A stretch of 64,000 bases of DNA from Candidatus Omnitrophota bacterium (GCA_030632085.1 DAOVJY010000002.1:13325-77324), one strand, 5' to 3'; counted from the first letter of the stretch, positions 9,946-20,204 are shown. Program-made: numbers and translations. The notes: generated by a model from the sequence alone, not told the origin.

Positions 9946-11370
9946 ATGCCCAAGCCTAACGAAAAAGTTCATATGCTTACTCAGGATGTCCAAAAGAGAA
10001 AGAATAATTTTGATGAAGTAGCTCTCGGCCTTACTGAAGAACTAGCCGTAAATGAAGCTCAAAGATGCTTAAACTGTAAAAAGCCTCTTTGTATGCAAGG
10101 CTGTCCGGTAGGTATTAATATACCTGAGTTTATTATGCTTATTAAAGAGCGTAATTTTTTAGAGGCGGCCAGAGTAATAAAGAAGGAAAACCTGCTTCCG
10201 GCTATATGCGGCAGGGTTTGCCCGCAGGAAGACCAGTGCGAGAAGGCTTGTGTGCTTGATAGGACAGGCAAGGCTATTGCTATCGGCTATCTGGAAAGGT
10301 TTGCAGCCGATTATGAAATGAAAAATAGTCCGCAAAAAAGAGAAAATGGAGCCATCAGCCATCAGCCATCAGCCATCAGCCCACAGCAATGTAAAATTGC
10401 TGTAATCGGTTCCGGCCCATCCGGCCTTACATGTGCCAGCGAACTTAGAAAGAAAGGCTATCAGGTAACACTTTTTGAAGCCTTTCATAAGCCGGGCGGT
10501 GTTTTAATGTATGGTATTCCGTCATTCAGGCTGCCCAAAGATATTGTTAATTATGAAATAGATAATCTGCGAAAAATGGGAGTTGAAATAAAGGTAAACA
10601 GTGTTATAGGCAGGTTGAAAACAGTAGATCAGCTTATTAAGGATGAAGGCTACAGCGCGGTTTATATAGCCACGGGAGCCGGCCATCCTGTTTTTATGGG
10701 TATCGCGGGAGAAGAGCTTAATTATATCTATTCTTCAAATGAATTTTTAACCCGGGTTAATTTAATGGAAGCCTATAAGTTTCCGGAAGTGGATACACCT
10801 GTTGTTTTGGGTAAGAAAGTTGCTGTAATCGGCGGCGGCAATACAGCTATGGATTCAGCCAGGTGCGCGCTGCGCATGGGTACTGAAAAAGTGTACTGTA
10901 TTTACAGGCGTTCTGAGAAAGAGATGCCGGCCAGAGTTGAGGAGATTGAGCATGCCAAGGAAGAGGGTATAGAATTTATGTTTCTTACCGCGCCGGTTAA
11001 ATATATAGGTGATAGCGATAATAATGTTAAAAAAGCAGTTTGCATAAAAATGGAATTAGGCGAGCTGGATGATTCAGGAAGAAGAAGGCCGATTCCCATT
11101 GAAGGCAGCGAATTTGAAATTGAGGTAGATTCGGTAGTTGTTGCCATTGGCACTAATGCTAATCCTCTAATTTCTGATACGACTAAGAATATGGAAGTCA
11201 ATAAATGGGGTTATATTGTGACTGATGAGGCAGGCAGGACTACCAAAAAACGAGTCTACGCCGGAGGGGATATTGTAACCGGTTCAGCCACAGTTATTAA
11301 GGCTATGGGAGCCGGTAAAGAAGCCGCCCATGTAATAGATGAGGATTTGAAAAATCTTGATAGAAAATGA
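9946..11370 (+). CDS. nfnB: NfnB/SudA (GltD-like NADPH flavoprotein)
   Basis: RCLNC..CMQGCP, CGRVCPQEDQCE and GGGNTAMD motifs; adjacent to nfnA. Confidence 0.85.
   Translation: MPKPNEKVHMLTQDVQKRKNNFDEVALGLTEELAVNEAQRCLNCKKPLCMQGCPVGINIPEFIMLIKERNFLEAARVIKKENLLPAICGRVCPQEDQCEKACVLDRTGKAIAIGYLERFAADYEMKNSPQKRENGAISHQPSAISPQQCKIAVIGSGPSGLTCASELRKKGYQVTLFEAFHKPGGVLMYGIPSFRLPKDIVNYEIDNLRKMGVEIKVNSVIGRLKTVDQLIKDEGYSAVYIATGAGHPVFMGIAGEELNYIYSSNEFLTRVNLMEAYKFPEVDTPVVLGKKVAVIGGGNTAMDSARCALRMGTEKVYCIYRRSEKEMPARVEEIEHAKEEGIEFMFLTAPVKYIGDSDNNVKKAVCIKMELGELDDSGRRRPIPIEGSEFEIEVDSVVVAIGTNANPLISDTTKNMEVNKWGYIVTDEAGRTTKKRVYAGGDIVTGSATVIKAMGAGKEAAHVIDEDLKNLDRK
10350..10381 (+). repeat. In-frame (AGCCATC)n heptamer repeat inside nfnB
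   Basis: AGCCATC x4 plus AGCC, encoding AISHQPSAISP. Confidence 0.9.
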
Positions 11371-11608
11371 TATCAATAAACGGGCGGACACAAGGCCCGC
11401 CCCTACGATATCTGATATTATTTGTGCGTTTAAATCAAAATGTTCCGTCGGATATTTAAAATATATAAAACAAAATAATCTTGATATTTCCGGACAAATA
11501 TGGCAGCGGTCGTTTTATGACCATGTTATCAGAAATGAACGTTCGCTAAATGCTGTAAGAGAATATATTTCGAATAATCCTGAAAACTGGGAAGAGAATA
11601 TCTCATGA
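11357..11608 (+). pseudogene. C-terminal remnant of a REP-associated tyrosine transposase (Y1/RAYT)
   Basis: IICAFKS..WQRSFYDHVIRNE..REYISNNP is present; the HUH-containing N-terminus is absent. Confidence 0.85.
11382..11406 (-). repeat. GTAG-type REP palindrome
   Basis: Minus strand reads GTAGGGGCGGGCCTTGTGTCCGCCC, at the 5' edge of the RAYT remnant. Confidence 0.8.
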
Positions 11609-12111
11609 AAGATAACAAATTTGTATTCCAATCAATAGGAATTATTCATTCTCCGCATAAAAAAATTTCCAAAATCCCCATACAACCTGTTTTTTGTAAT
11701 GACATTGAAGGTACAGTTATATTGAATAATAAATATGCTGACGGATTAAAAGATTTGCAAGGATTCTCTCATATCTATTTGTTCTATTATTTCAATCATT
11801 CACAGAAAACGTGTTTACGTTTAAAGCCATATCTGTCAGATCGTGAACATGGTATTTTTGCTACACGCGCTCCACACCGTCCTAATAAATTAGGAATGAG
11901 CCTTGTGCGGTTGGATAGAATTGAAGATAATATTCTTTATGTCAGAGATCTTGATATATTAGATGGCACACCTTTGCTTGACATCAAACCATACATACAA
12001 AGGTTCGATTCAAGGGAAGATGTCAAATCAGGGTGGCAAGATACTATCTTAGATGATGCTGCATCCGTGCGAGGTTTGAGAGACTTTAAGAGACAGAAAG
12101 GAAAAAGTTAA
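11605..12111 (+). CDS. tsaA: tRNA m6t6A37 methyltransferase TsaA/TrmO family
   Basis: GIFATRAPHRPNKLGMS and DILDGTPLLDIKPY motifs. Confidence 0.9.
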   Translation: MKDNKFVFQSIGIIHSPHKKISKIPIQPVFCNDIEGTVILNNKYADGLKDLQGFSHIYLFYYFNHSQKTCLRLKPYLSDREHGIFATRAPHRPNKLGMSLVRLDRIEDNILYVRDLDILDGTPLLDIKPYIQRFDSREDVKSGWQDTILDDAASVRGLRDFKRQKGKS

Positions 12112-12171
12112 CAAATCGTTTCACCTGACATTTTTCCGCTCCGTAAAAACCGGTGAGTTCAACCACTATAA
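12106..12171 (+). mobile_element. Degenerate attC-like site
   Basis: AGTTAAC overlaps the tsaA stop; inner inverted repeat TCACC..GGTGA; the R' box reads ACTATAA instead of GTTRRRY. Confidence 0.5.
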
Positions 12172-12205
12172 GTAAATAATAAAAAAAATAATAGAAAGAT
12201 AAAAC

Positions 12206-12245
12206 TTGACATATATGCATAAATAAGGCATAATAATGCATATAA
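12206..12245 (+). promoter_or_regulatory. vapBC promoter and operator
   Basis: TTGACA-17 bp-CATAAT; inverted repeat TATATGCAT..ATGCATATA. Confidence 0.6.
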
Positions 12246-12270
12246 ATTATATGATGAAAGGAGATCAAAT

Positions 12271-12462
12271 ATGAGAACGACATTAAACATAAAAGATGAT
12301 TTAATTAAAAAAGCCTCTAAACTTACAGGTATAACGGAGAAAACCAATCTGGTTAAATTAGGGTTGGAAGCACTTATCGCGGCAGAAAGCAGAAAAAGGT
12401 TAGCTAAATTAGGTGGGACTGAAAAGAGGTTGAATAATATTTCACGCAGGAGAATCAATTAA
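12271..12462 (+). CDS. vapB: VapB-family antitoxin
   Basis: MRTTLNIKDDLI..TGITEKT..LAKLGGT. Confidence 0.88.
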   Translation: MRTTLNIKDDLIKKASKLTGITEKTNLVKLGLEALIAAESRKRLAKLGGTEKRLNNISRRRIN

Positions 12463-12824
12463 TGATCCTTGTTGATACATCCGTGTGGGTTTCCCATTTG
12501 CGCGATGGTAATTCTAAACTTGAACAGTTGTTGAATAATGGAGATGTGCTTTGTCACTCATTTATCGTTGGAGAGCTTGCGTGCGGTAATATTAAAAATA
12601 GAAGCGAGATATTGTCTTTGTTAAATACACTCCCTAAAGCTGATATTTTGGATGACGAGGAGGTTTTGATGTTCATTGAAAAAAATAATTTAATGGGTAA
12701 AGGACTTGGCTTAATTGATATTCATCTTCTCGCATCCACAATGTTAAGTGAAGCTGCCTTATGGACATTAGATACTAAGTTAAAACATAAAGCTCATATA
12801 CTAGGTGTATCCTGCGAATATTAA
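12462..12824 (+). CDS. vapC: VapC PIN-domain toxin
   Basis: MILVDTSVW, GELACG, DIHLLAS and LWTLD motifs. Confidence 0.9.
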   Translation: MILVDTSVWVSHLRDGNSKLEQLLNNGDVLCHSFIVGELACGNIKNRSEILSLLNTLPKADILDDEEVLMFIEKNNLMGKGLGLIDIHLLASTMLSEAALWTLDTKLKHKAHILGVSCEY

Positions 12825-12825
12825 T

Positions 12826-12913
12826 AAATAACAACTCGTTTTAGCGGATCCCGTTTCGCGCCAAAACTTGTACTTGAACGTTTCGCGGCGGCGCGCCGAT
12901 CTCAACGTTATGT
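12826..12913 (+). mobile_element. attC-like integron cassette recombination site
   Basis: AAATAAC just after the vapC stop, a GC-rich imperfect palindrome, ending CTCAAC-GTTATGT; 88 bp. Confidence 0.7.
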
Positions 12914-12959
12914 TAAGAAATAATAAAAAAATTATTTGTACATTTTTTGTAAAAAAATC

Positions 12960-13061
12960 TTGACAGTATAAATCTGTTATGTTAAGGTCATATTTGCACA
13001 ATGGTGTGCAAATAGAGACAAAGTATGTCTTTACCAAGAATGGTAGAGGTATGCTTTTTTT
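12960..13061 (+). promoter_or_regulatory. Promoter and ANTAR-type dual-hairpin attenuator
   Basis: TTGACA at 12960; TATTTGCAC-AATGGT-GTGCAAATA; AGAC-AAAGTAT-GTCT overlapping a terminator at 13023-13061. Confidence 0.65.
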
Positions 13062-13089
13062 GTTTTTAGGACAAACAAGGAGGTAAGTT

Positions 13090-14730
13090 ATGGTTCAATG
13101 GCGAAAAACAAACGATGCTATTGGCAGTATCAACCGCGGTGATCCTTGCGAATCAGGTCTTTGTACCTTATGCCGCGCAGACTGCATGGGTAAATGTGAG
13201 ACTTGGTTGGCGAGTTTAAGAGGCCGCAAACTTCTTTATCCTAGAGATTTCGGTAGAATTACCTCGGGTAGCTCTAACACCTGCCACGTGGGTGTTTCCT
13301 ATAATTCCCTCAGAATTCAAGGATATCTTTACGGTGCTAATAACCTTCCCGAAGGTATTACTAATAGCGCTGATGATTGTGTTTTTCCAAACGTATCTAT
13401 AGAAACAGAATTTGGTTCTGATGTAAAAACCAAAATTAAAGTTCCTATGATGACAGGTGCTTTAGGTTCTACGTTTATTGCCGCTAAATACTGGGATTCA
13501 TTTGCTATAGGAGCCTCATTGGTGGGTTTTCCTATCGTAGTTGGTGAAAACGTAGTAGGTATTGATAAGCAAGCTGTTATTGAAAACGGTAAAATTGTAA
13601 AAGCCCCTGAGCTTGACAGGCGTGTTGATACTTACCTGCGTTATTATGACGGATATGGCGCCATTATCGTTCAGATGAATGTTGAAGACACAAGAAACGG
13701 TGTGGCTGAATATATTATTAATAAATACGGTGATAAAGTTATCATGGAACTTAAATGGGGCCAGGGAGCCAAAGATATCGGCGGCGAAATCCAGGTAACT
13801 GACTTGGAATACGCCAAATTCCTAAAAGACAGAGGTTATGTTGTTGATCCTGATCCAACTCTGCCGGAAGTACAGGAAGCTTTTAAAAACGGAGCTATAA
13901 AAGCCATAGCCCGGCACAGTCGTTTAGGTTATACGGATAATCCGTCAGTAGATGAAACTAAAAAGACTTTTATGGATTCAGTTAAACAATTAAGAGAGCT
14001 CGGTTATAAGAGAATATCTCTTAAAACCGGTTCTTACGGCATGGAAGCTTTAGCTATGTCTATAAAATACGCCTCAGAAGCTAAACTCGACCTACTTACA
14101 ATTGATGGTTCCGGCGGTGGCACGGGTATGAGTCCTTGGAATATGATGGAGACTTGGGGTGTGCCTTCAATTCTTTTACATTCTAAGGCTTATGAATATG
14201 CTAAACTCTTAGAAGATAAAGGTACGAAAGTAGTTGATATGGCTTTTGCCGGCGGTTTAGCCAGAGAAGACCATATCTTTAAAGCTTTAGCTTTAGGCGC
14301 GCCATACACCAAATTGGTTTGTATGGGTAGATCCTTGATGATTCCCGCTTTCTTGGGTTCAAACATCGAAGGCGTCATAAACCCTGAAAATAAGGAAAAA
14401 TTAAACGGTAACTGGGATAAACTACCCAAGTCAATTGCAGACTTAGGTAACAGCCCAGAGCAGATATTTGCCGGCTATGCGGAGATTGAAAAGAAAGTCG
14501 GTAAAGATGAAATGAAGAATATTCCTTTCGGTGCCATTGCGGTGTGGACTCTGGCTGATAAATTAGGTGCCGGTTTGCAGCAGCTTATGGCTGGTGTCAG
14601 AAAGTTTAAGACCGAAGGTATTAGCCGAGGGGAAATTTTCTCAGCTAACAGAGAAACAGAAGAAGCTACGAAGGTACCTTACATTACTGATGTGGAGGAT
14701 GATAAAGCTAAAAAAATCATCAGTTCATAA
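13090..14730 (+). CDS. Stand-alone FMN-binding glutamate synthase family protein
   Basis: ELKWGQGAK..GGE and DGSGGGTGMSP motifs; N-terminal Cys cluster. Confidence 0.88.
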   Translation: MVQWRKTNDAIGSINRGDPCESGLCTLCRADCMGKCETWLASLRGRKLLYPRDFGRITSGSSNTCHVGVSYNSLRIQGYLYGANNLPEGITNSADDCVFPNVSIETEFGSDVKTKIKVPMMTGALGSTFIAAKYWDSFAIGASLVGFPIVVGENVVGIDKQAVIENGKIVKAPELDRRVDTYLRYYDGYGAIIVQMNVEDTRNGVAEYIINKYGDKVIMELKWGQGAKDIGGEIQVTDLEYAKFLKDRGYVVDPDPTLPEVQEAFKNGAIKAIARHSRLGYTDNPSVDETKKTFMDSVKQLRELGYKRISLKTGSYGMEALAMSIKYASEAKLDLLTIDGSGGGTGMSPWNMMETWGVPSILLHSKAYEYAKLLEDKGTKVVDMAFAGGLAREDHIFKALALGAPYTKLVCMGRSLMIPAFLGSNIEGVINPENKEKLNGNWDKLPKSIADLGNSPEQIFAGYAEIEKKVGKDEMKNIPFGAIAVWTLADKLGAGLQQLMAGVRKFKTEGISRGEIFSANRETEEATKVPYITDVEDDKAKKIISS

Positions 14731-14754
14731 ACACTGTTTCTTAAGTAAATAGAT

Positions 14755-14789
14755 AAGAAGGGACGTTTTAGAATGTCCCTTCTTTCTTT
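14755..14789 (+). terminator. Intrinsic terminator
   Basis: AAGAAGGGACGTT-TTAG-AATGTCCCTTCTT followed by T-rich sequence. Confidence 0.75.
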
Positions 14790-14895
14790 ATAGACTATGA
14801 ACTTGACGTTTGAAGCTATAAGTAGTAGTATATTTATGAATTAATCGGGTTTAATAATAAAAATAGTAAAAAAATAATTCACATTTAATTTATAT

Positions 14896-15681
14896 ATGAA
14901 AGAATATAGATTTAAACATTTATACGGGCCTGTGTCTTCCTGGAGATTAGGCAGGTCTTTAGGGGTTGATTTACTTCCCGGCGGCTGTAAAACATGTACT
15001 TTTGATTGTGTATATTGTCAATTAGGACAAATTAAAGAATATACCACTCAAAGGCGGGTTTTTGTAAGAACCAAGGGAGTTATTAATGAGATTAAGTCTT
15101 TGCCTGATATCCCTATAGATTATTTTACTTTTTCCGGCCAGGGCGAACCCGCGTTGGCGGCAAACTTGGGTGAAACTGCCCGAGCCATAAAGGAAATTCG
15201 CGGTGAACCGGTGGCGGTTATCAGTAACAGTTCTTTTATTCACGATGCCGGTTTTAGGGAAGAGTTAGCTGTGGTTGATTACGCGTTATTAAAATTCGAT
15301 GCTCATAATCAACAAACTCTGGAAGCTATAAACCGCCCTTGTAAAAATATTAGGTTTGATGATATTTTTAGCGGTATAATAAAATTCAGGCAAATATATA
15401 AAGGCATTTTGGCTCTGCAAATAATGTTTATTGAAAGTAATAAAAATAGCGCCCATGAGTTTGTCAAGCTTTTAGAATTAATTAAACCCGATGAAGTACA
15501 TTTAAATACACCCTTAAGGCCGAGCGCGATTAAACCGTTATCTGAAGATGAAATGAAAGAAATAAAAACGGTTTTTAAGGATTTACCTTATAAAGTAAGC
15601 TCTGTTTATGAAATTGAAAAAATTAAAGTTGAGCCAATTTCCGAAGAAGATACATTAAAAAGAAGGCCGAATAAATTTTAA
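14896..15681 (+). CDS. Radical SAM protein (TYW1-like, COG0731)
   Basis: YGPVSSWRLGRSLGVDL and CTFDCVYC motifs. Confidence 0.85.
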   Translation: MKEYRFKHLYGPVSSWRLGRSLGVDLLPGGCKTCTFDCVYCQLGQIKEYTTQRRVFVRTKGVINEIKSLPDIPIDYFTFSGQGEPALAANLGETARAIKEIRGEPVAVISNSSFIHDAGFREELAVVDYALLKFDAHNQQTLEAINRPCKNIRFDDIFSGIIKFRQIYKGILALQIMFIESNKNSAHEFVKLLELIKPDEVHLNTPLRPSAIKPLSEDEMKEIKTVFKDLPYKVSSVYEIEKIKVEPISEEDTLKRRPNKF

Positions 15682-15693
15682 GGGAGCGTTGTA

Positions 15694-15906
15694 ATGTTGG
15701 AATGCAGAATTGAAGAAAACAGAAAGAATTGCCCCTGTACTTATGAGCCTTGTTCAAGGAAAGGTATGTGTTGTCAGTGTATCATCTATCATAAAAGGAT
15801 GGGAGAGCTTCCCGCGTGTTATTTTCCGCCTGATGTGGAGAAAACAGGTGAACGTTCTATAAAAAAGTTTGTAGAATTAATTAAAGAAAGAGGCCAGTGG
15901 TGGTAA
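15694..15906 (+). CDS. Small Cys-rich protein (DUF6485-like)
   Basis: [20 protein letters not shown]...ELPACYF. Confidence 0.75.
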   Translation: MLECRIEENRKNCPCTYEPCSRKGMCCQCIIYHKRMGELPACYFPPDVEKTGERSIKKFVELIKERGQWW

Positions 15907-16685
15907 GCGATAATAATATTACATTAAGAAAAGATGTAGCTGTAAAAGCAGCCCTTGAAGCCGGAGAAATGCTTAAAAAAAACTTTGGGCATGTAACTGA
16001 TATAAAAACGAAGTCTGATAGAAACCTGGTAAGTGATTTAGATTTAAAAGCGGATGAGATTATCACCCGCGTTATTGAGGAAAAGTTTGAGTCTGATAAT
16101 ATTCTCTCTGAAGAAAAACCTATTCCGGAATTAGAAGCGGGCTTTACCTGGATAATTGACCCCATAGACGGCACTCATAATTATATCCGCAATATTGCTA
16201 TTTTCGGTGTTTCTATCGGTATAGCTTATGATGATAAGGTTGTCGCCGGAGTTATATATATGCCGACAACCAATGAGTTATACTGGGCCCAAAGAGATAA
16301 GGGTGCTTATTGTAATGATAAAAGGATAAGAGTTTCTCAGAGAGATATCAGGCAGGCGACTATATTCTTTGATTCAGGTATCAGGTATGAACCTGATGCT
16401 ATTTTAAAGTCTTTAGGCAGCTTGGCCGATAAAGTGTTTAATGTCAGAATGTTGGGTTCAACCGTTAGAGGCCTAACTTATATAGCCGAAGGAAAAGCCG
16501 AACTGGAAGTTGAATATACCGATCAAGTCTGGGATTATGCCGCCGGGTTACATATTATTGAAGAAGCCGGAGGCAGAGTAACTGATTTTAAAGGTAACGA
16601 ATGGAATATAAACACAAAAGAATATATTGCCTCAAACGGTGTTATTCATGATGAAGTTTTAAATACGCTTAATGATAATAAATAA
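15897..16685 (+). CDS. Inositol monophosphatase family protein
   Basis: [12 protein letters not shown] and WDYAAG motifs. Confidence 0.92.
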   Translation: MVVSDNNITLRKDVAVKAALEAGEMLKKNFGHVTDIKTKSDRNLVSDLDLKADEIITRVIEEKFESDNILSEEKPIPELEAGFTWIIDPIDGTHNYIRNIAIFGVSIGIAYDDKVVAGVIYMPTTNELYWAQRDKGAYCNDKRIRVSQRDIRQATIFFDSGIRYEPDAILKSLGSLADKVFNVRMLGSTVRGLTYIAEGKAELEVEYTDQVWDYAAGLHIIEEAGGRVTDFKGNEWNINTKEYIASNGVIHDEVLNTLNDNK

Positions 16686-16691
16686 CGCTTT

Positions 16692-17372
16692 ATGAATATA
16701 GAAGCTATAAAATCCAATTACGAAGAAATAAAAAGTGAACTACCGGACAACGTAAAAATAGTTGTTGCCGCTAAGACAAGAGGCCTTGATGAGCTTAAAG
16801 CGGTGATTGAAGCCGGAGCCCGTATTATCGGAGAAAATTATGTTCAGGAAGCCCGAGAAATAAAAGAGGCTTTGGGTAAAAAAAGTAATTCGCTAAAGTG
16901 GCACATGATTGGCCATTTGCAAACAAATAAAGTAAAAGCCGCGGTTGAAATTTTTGATATGATTGAAACCCTGGATTCTCTGAAGCTGGCCGCGGAAATA
17001 GATAAAAGGGCTAAAGAGATTAATAAAATAATGCCGGTTTTAATTGAAGTTAATAGCGGCGAGGAAGATCAAAAGACAGGCCTTAAACCGGAAAAAACGG
17101 TTGAATTTATAAAAGATATCAGTCTTCTTAAAAATATAAAGGTTTCAGGGCTTATGACTATGGGCCCCCGTTTTGGTGACCCAGAAGACTCAAGACAATT
17201 TTTTAAGAAAACTAAGAATTTATTTAATGAAATAGCGGCGGAAAAAATAAATAATGTTCAAATGAAATATCTTTCTATGGGAATGAGTAACACATATAAG
17301 ATTGCTATAGAAGAAGGCAGCAATATGATCAGGCCGGGGAGTATTATTTTTGGTGAAAGGGATTATTCCTAA
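16692..17372 (+). CDS. yggS: PLP homeostasis protein YggS
   Basis: GENYVQE, WHMIGHLQTNK and LSMGMS motifs. Confidence 0.93.
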   Translation: MNIEAIKSNYEEIKSELPDNVKIVVAAKTRGLDELKAVIEAGARIIGENYVQEAREIKEALGKKSNSLKWHMIGHLQTNKVKAAVEIFDMIETLDSLKLAAEIDKRAKEINKIMPVLIEVNSGEEDQKTGLKPEKTVEFIKDISLLKNIKVSGLMTMGPRFGDPEDSRQFFKKTKNLFNEIAAEKINNVQMKYLSMGMSNTYKIAIEEGSNMIRPGSIIFGERDYS

Positions 17373-17399
17373 AGAATTTAAAAACGAGAGGGACAATTT

Positions 17400-19295
17400 A
17401 TGTCAAAGGACGTATTAAAGATTATTCGAGAAAAATGTTCAGAGGAAAACTTAAGTAAGCTTGAAGCATTAAACAACCAAACTCTTTTGGAGTTTATAGC
17501 TGAATATTTAGAACTCTGTAATCCTGATACAATTTTTGTAAGGACGGATTCAGAGGAAGATACAGATTATATTAGAAAAAAAGCATTAGAGCTTAAAGAG
17601 GAATTGCCTTTAACCACCAAAGGCCATACGATTCACTTTGATGGCTATAACGACCAGGCCAGAGATAAAAAGAATACTAAATTCCTGGTTGATGAAAGCA
17701 CGGAGTTATCCAGGGGAATTAATCAGGTAGCTAAAGAAGAAGGTTTAAAAGAAGTTAAATCATATTTAAAAAATCTTATGAGCGGTAAAGAGGCCTATGT
17801 TTGCTTTTATTGTCTGGGCCCGAATGATTCCGAGTTTTCAATATCGGCGGTACAAATAACCGATTCCAGCTATGTAGCCCATTCGGAAGATATACTTTAT
17901 AGAGGTGGTTATGAAGAATTTAAAAAATTAAACGATAAGGATAGTTTTTTTAAATTTGTTCATTCAGCCGGTGCTTTAGAGAATGGTGTTAGTCGCGATA
18001 TAGACAAAAGAAGAGTTTATATTGATTTATCAAATAACATAGTTTACAGCACTAATACCCAGTATGGAGGCAATACCATCGGTTTAAAAAAACTAGCTAT
18101 GAGGTTAGCCATAAAAAAAGCTTCAGATGAAGGTTGGCTAACAGAACATATGTTTGTTATGGGCACTATAGGAAAAAATGGTAGAAAAACATATTTTACC
18201 GGCGCTTTTCCCAGTGCCTGCGGCAAGACATCTACATCCATGCTTGAAGGTGAAAAGATTGTAGGTGATGATATTGCTTACTTAAGAAAAATTGGTAATG
18301 AGATCAGAGCGGTCAATGTTGAAAGAGGTATGTTTGGTATTATCAAGGATGTCAATTCCGAGGATGATCCGCTTATCTGGAGGGCGTTACATGATCCCGG
18401 TGAAATAATTTTCTCAAATATTTTAATGACGCCTGAAAAGACACCTTATTGGCTGGGCAAAGACGGCGATGTGCCTTCTGAGGGCATAAATTATTCCGGT
18501 AAATGGCAGCCGCAGAAAAAAGATGATGCTAATAATGAAATAACACCTTCTCATAAAAATGCCAGGTATACCATCAGGCTGGCTGAATTGGGTAATCGTG
18601 ATGAAAAGGCGGATGCTCCTGAAGGTGTCAAAGTTGAAGGTGTAATTTACGGCGGCAGAGATTCTAATACTTCCGTTCCGATAGAAGAGGCTTTTAATTG
18701 GAAACACGGTATATTAACTAAAGCGGCTACCCTGGAATCTGAGACTACGGCGGCTACCCTGGGACAGGAAGGGGTAAGAGTGTTTAACCCCATGTCTAAC
18801 CTGGATTTTCTTTCTATTCCTTTAGGCAGATACATAGAGAATAATATTAAGTTTGTTAAAGGGTTAAATAATCCTCCAAAAATCTTCTCAGTTAATTATT
18901 TTCTTAAAGATAAAGAGGGTAAATACATAAGCGGCATGCACGATAAGCATGTCTGGCTTAAATGGATGCAACTAAGAGTATACGGTGAAGTTGAAGCTAT
19001 AAAAACTCCATCGGGATATATTCCGTTTTATGAAGATCTTAAGCAACTCTTTAAAGAGGTTTTGAATAAGGAATACGCCCGGGAGGTCTATAATGAACAG
19101 TTTAAAATAAGAGTTCCTGAAAATGTGGCTAAGATTGACAGGATATTGGTTATCTATAAAGAACAGGTGGATGATACGCCTGAAGAGATTATTAAAGAAT
19201 TAGAACTGCAAAGGGAGAGATTCTTTAAGTTAGCCGATGAGCTGGGAGATCATGTAACTCCTGATATTTTAAAAGAAAACCAGAATTTGGTATAA
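17400..19295 (+). CDS. pckG: Phosphoenolpyruvate carboxykinase (GTP)
   Basis: GAFPSACGKTS, VGDDIAY and YGGRD motifs. Confidence 0.92.
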   Translation: MSKDVLKIIREKCSEENLSKLEALNNQTLLEFIAEYLELCNPDTIFVRTDSEEDTDYIRKKALELKEELPLTTKGHTIHFDGYNDQARDKKNTKFLVDESTELSRGINQVAKEEGLKEVKSYLKNLMSGKEAYVCFYCLGPNDSEFSISAVQITDSSYVAHSEDILYRGGYEEFKKLNDKDSFFKFVHSAGALENGVSRDIDKRRVYIDLSNNIVYSTNTQYGGNTIGLKKLAMRLAIKKASDEGWLTEHMFVMGTIGKNGRKTYFTGAFPSACGKTSTSMLEGEKIVGDDIAYLRKIGNEIRAVNVERGMFGIIKDVNSEDDPLIWRALHDPGEIIFSNILMTPEKTPYWLGKDGDVPSEGINYSGKWQPQKKDDANNEITPSHKNARYTIRLAELGNRDEKADAPEGVKVEGVIYGGRDSNTSVPIEEAFNWKHGILTKAATLESETTAATLGQEGVRVFNPMSNLDFLSIPLGRYIENNIKFVKGLNNPPKIFSVNYFLKDKEGKYISGMHDKHVWLKWMQLRVYGEVEAIKTPSGYIPFYEDLKQLFKEVLNKEYAREVYNEQFKIRVPENVAKIDRILVIYKEQVDDTPEEIIKELELQRERFFKLADELGDHVTPDILKENQNLV

Positions 19296-19310
19296 ACAAG
19301 GAGATATTTT

Positions 19311-20204
19311 ATGCAGGCTCTTATGAAAGTTGAGCTTGAGGGCCTCAAGCTCTTTAAGAGGGGAAAGGTAAGAGATATTTATGATTTAGATGACGCTCTT
19401 CTATTTGTGGCCAGTGATAGGATATCGGCCTTTGATGTGGTCATGCCTAACGGTATTCCGGATAAAGGCAAGGTTCTTACTCAGATATCAGTGTTCTGGT
19501 TTGAATATACTAAAGATTTAATTGATAATCATATTATCGCGACTGATATTGATAGGATAATTGATTATGATAAACGACTAGAGCCTTACAGAAATATATT
19601 GGACAAGCGGTCAATGTTGGTTAAAAAGACGGAACCTTTGAGTGTTGAGTGTGTAGTTAGAGGTTATTTGGCCGGTTCCGGCTGGAAGGACTATAAGAAG
19701 AGCCGGAGTATTAACGGCATAAAGCTTCCCGAGGGCTTAAAAGAGTCGGATAAATTGCCTGAAGTAATATTTACACCTTCAACTAAAGCGGAAACAGGGC
19801 ATGATGAAGCCATAAACGAAGAACAAACTAAAAAATTAATAGGAGCTGAGTCCTTTGAATTTGTAAGCTCTAAGAGTATTGAGATATATAAAAAAGCGGA
19901 CGACTTTGCGCGCTCTAAAGGGATAATTATCGCGGATACTAAATTTGAATTTGGTAAATTAGGTGATAAATTAATTTTAATAGATGAAATTTTTACTCCT
20001 GATTCATCTCGTTTCTGGCCTCTGGATGATTATGAGCCCGGTAGGAGCCAAAAAAGTTTCGATAAACAATTTACCAGAGATTACCTGGATACGTTAGATT
20101 GGGATAAAATGCCCCCGGGCCCTGTTTTGCCTGAGAAAATAGTTACGAAAACAAGGGAAAAATACCTTTTAATTCTTCAAATGATTACGGGAAAAACCCT
20201 TTAA
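19311..20204 (+). CDS. purC: SAICAR synthetase
   Basis: [23 protein letters not shown] and TPDSSRFW motifs. Confidence 0.96.
   Translation: MQALMKVELEGLKLFKRGKVRDIYDLDDALLFVASDRISAFDVVMPNGIPDKGKVLTQISVFWFEYTKDLIDNHIIATDIDRIIDYDKRLEPYRNILDKRSMLVKKTEPLSVECVVRGYLAGSGWKDYKKSRSINGIKLPEGLKESDKLPEVIFTPSTKAETGHDEAINEEQTKKLIGAESFEFVSSKSIEIYKKADDFARSKGIIIADTKFEFGKLGDKLILIDEIFTPDSSRFWPLDDYEPGRSQKSFDKQFTRDYLDTLDWDKMPPGPVLPEKIVTKTREKYLLILQMITGKTL

Noticed and set aside
12801-13037. Minus-strand 78-aa ORF
   Set aside because: Spans the attC-like site, promoter and attenuator, which explain the sequence better
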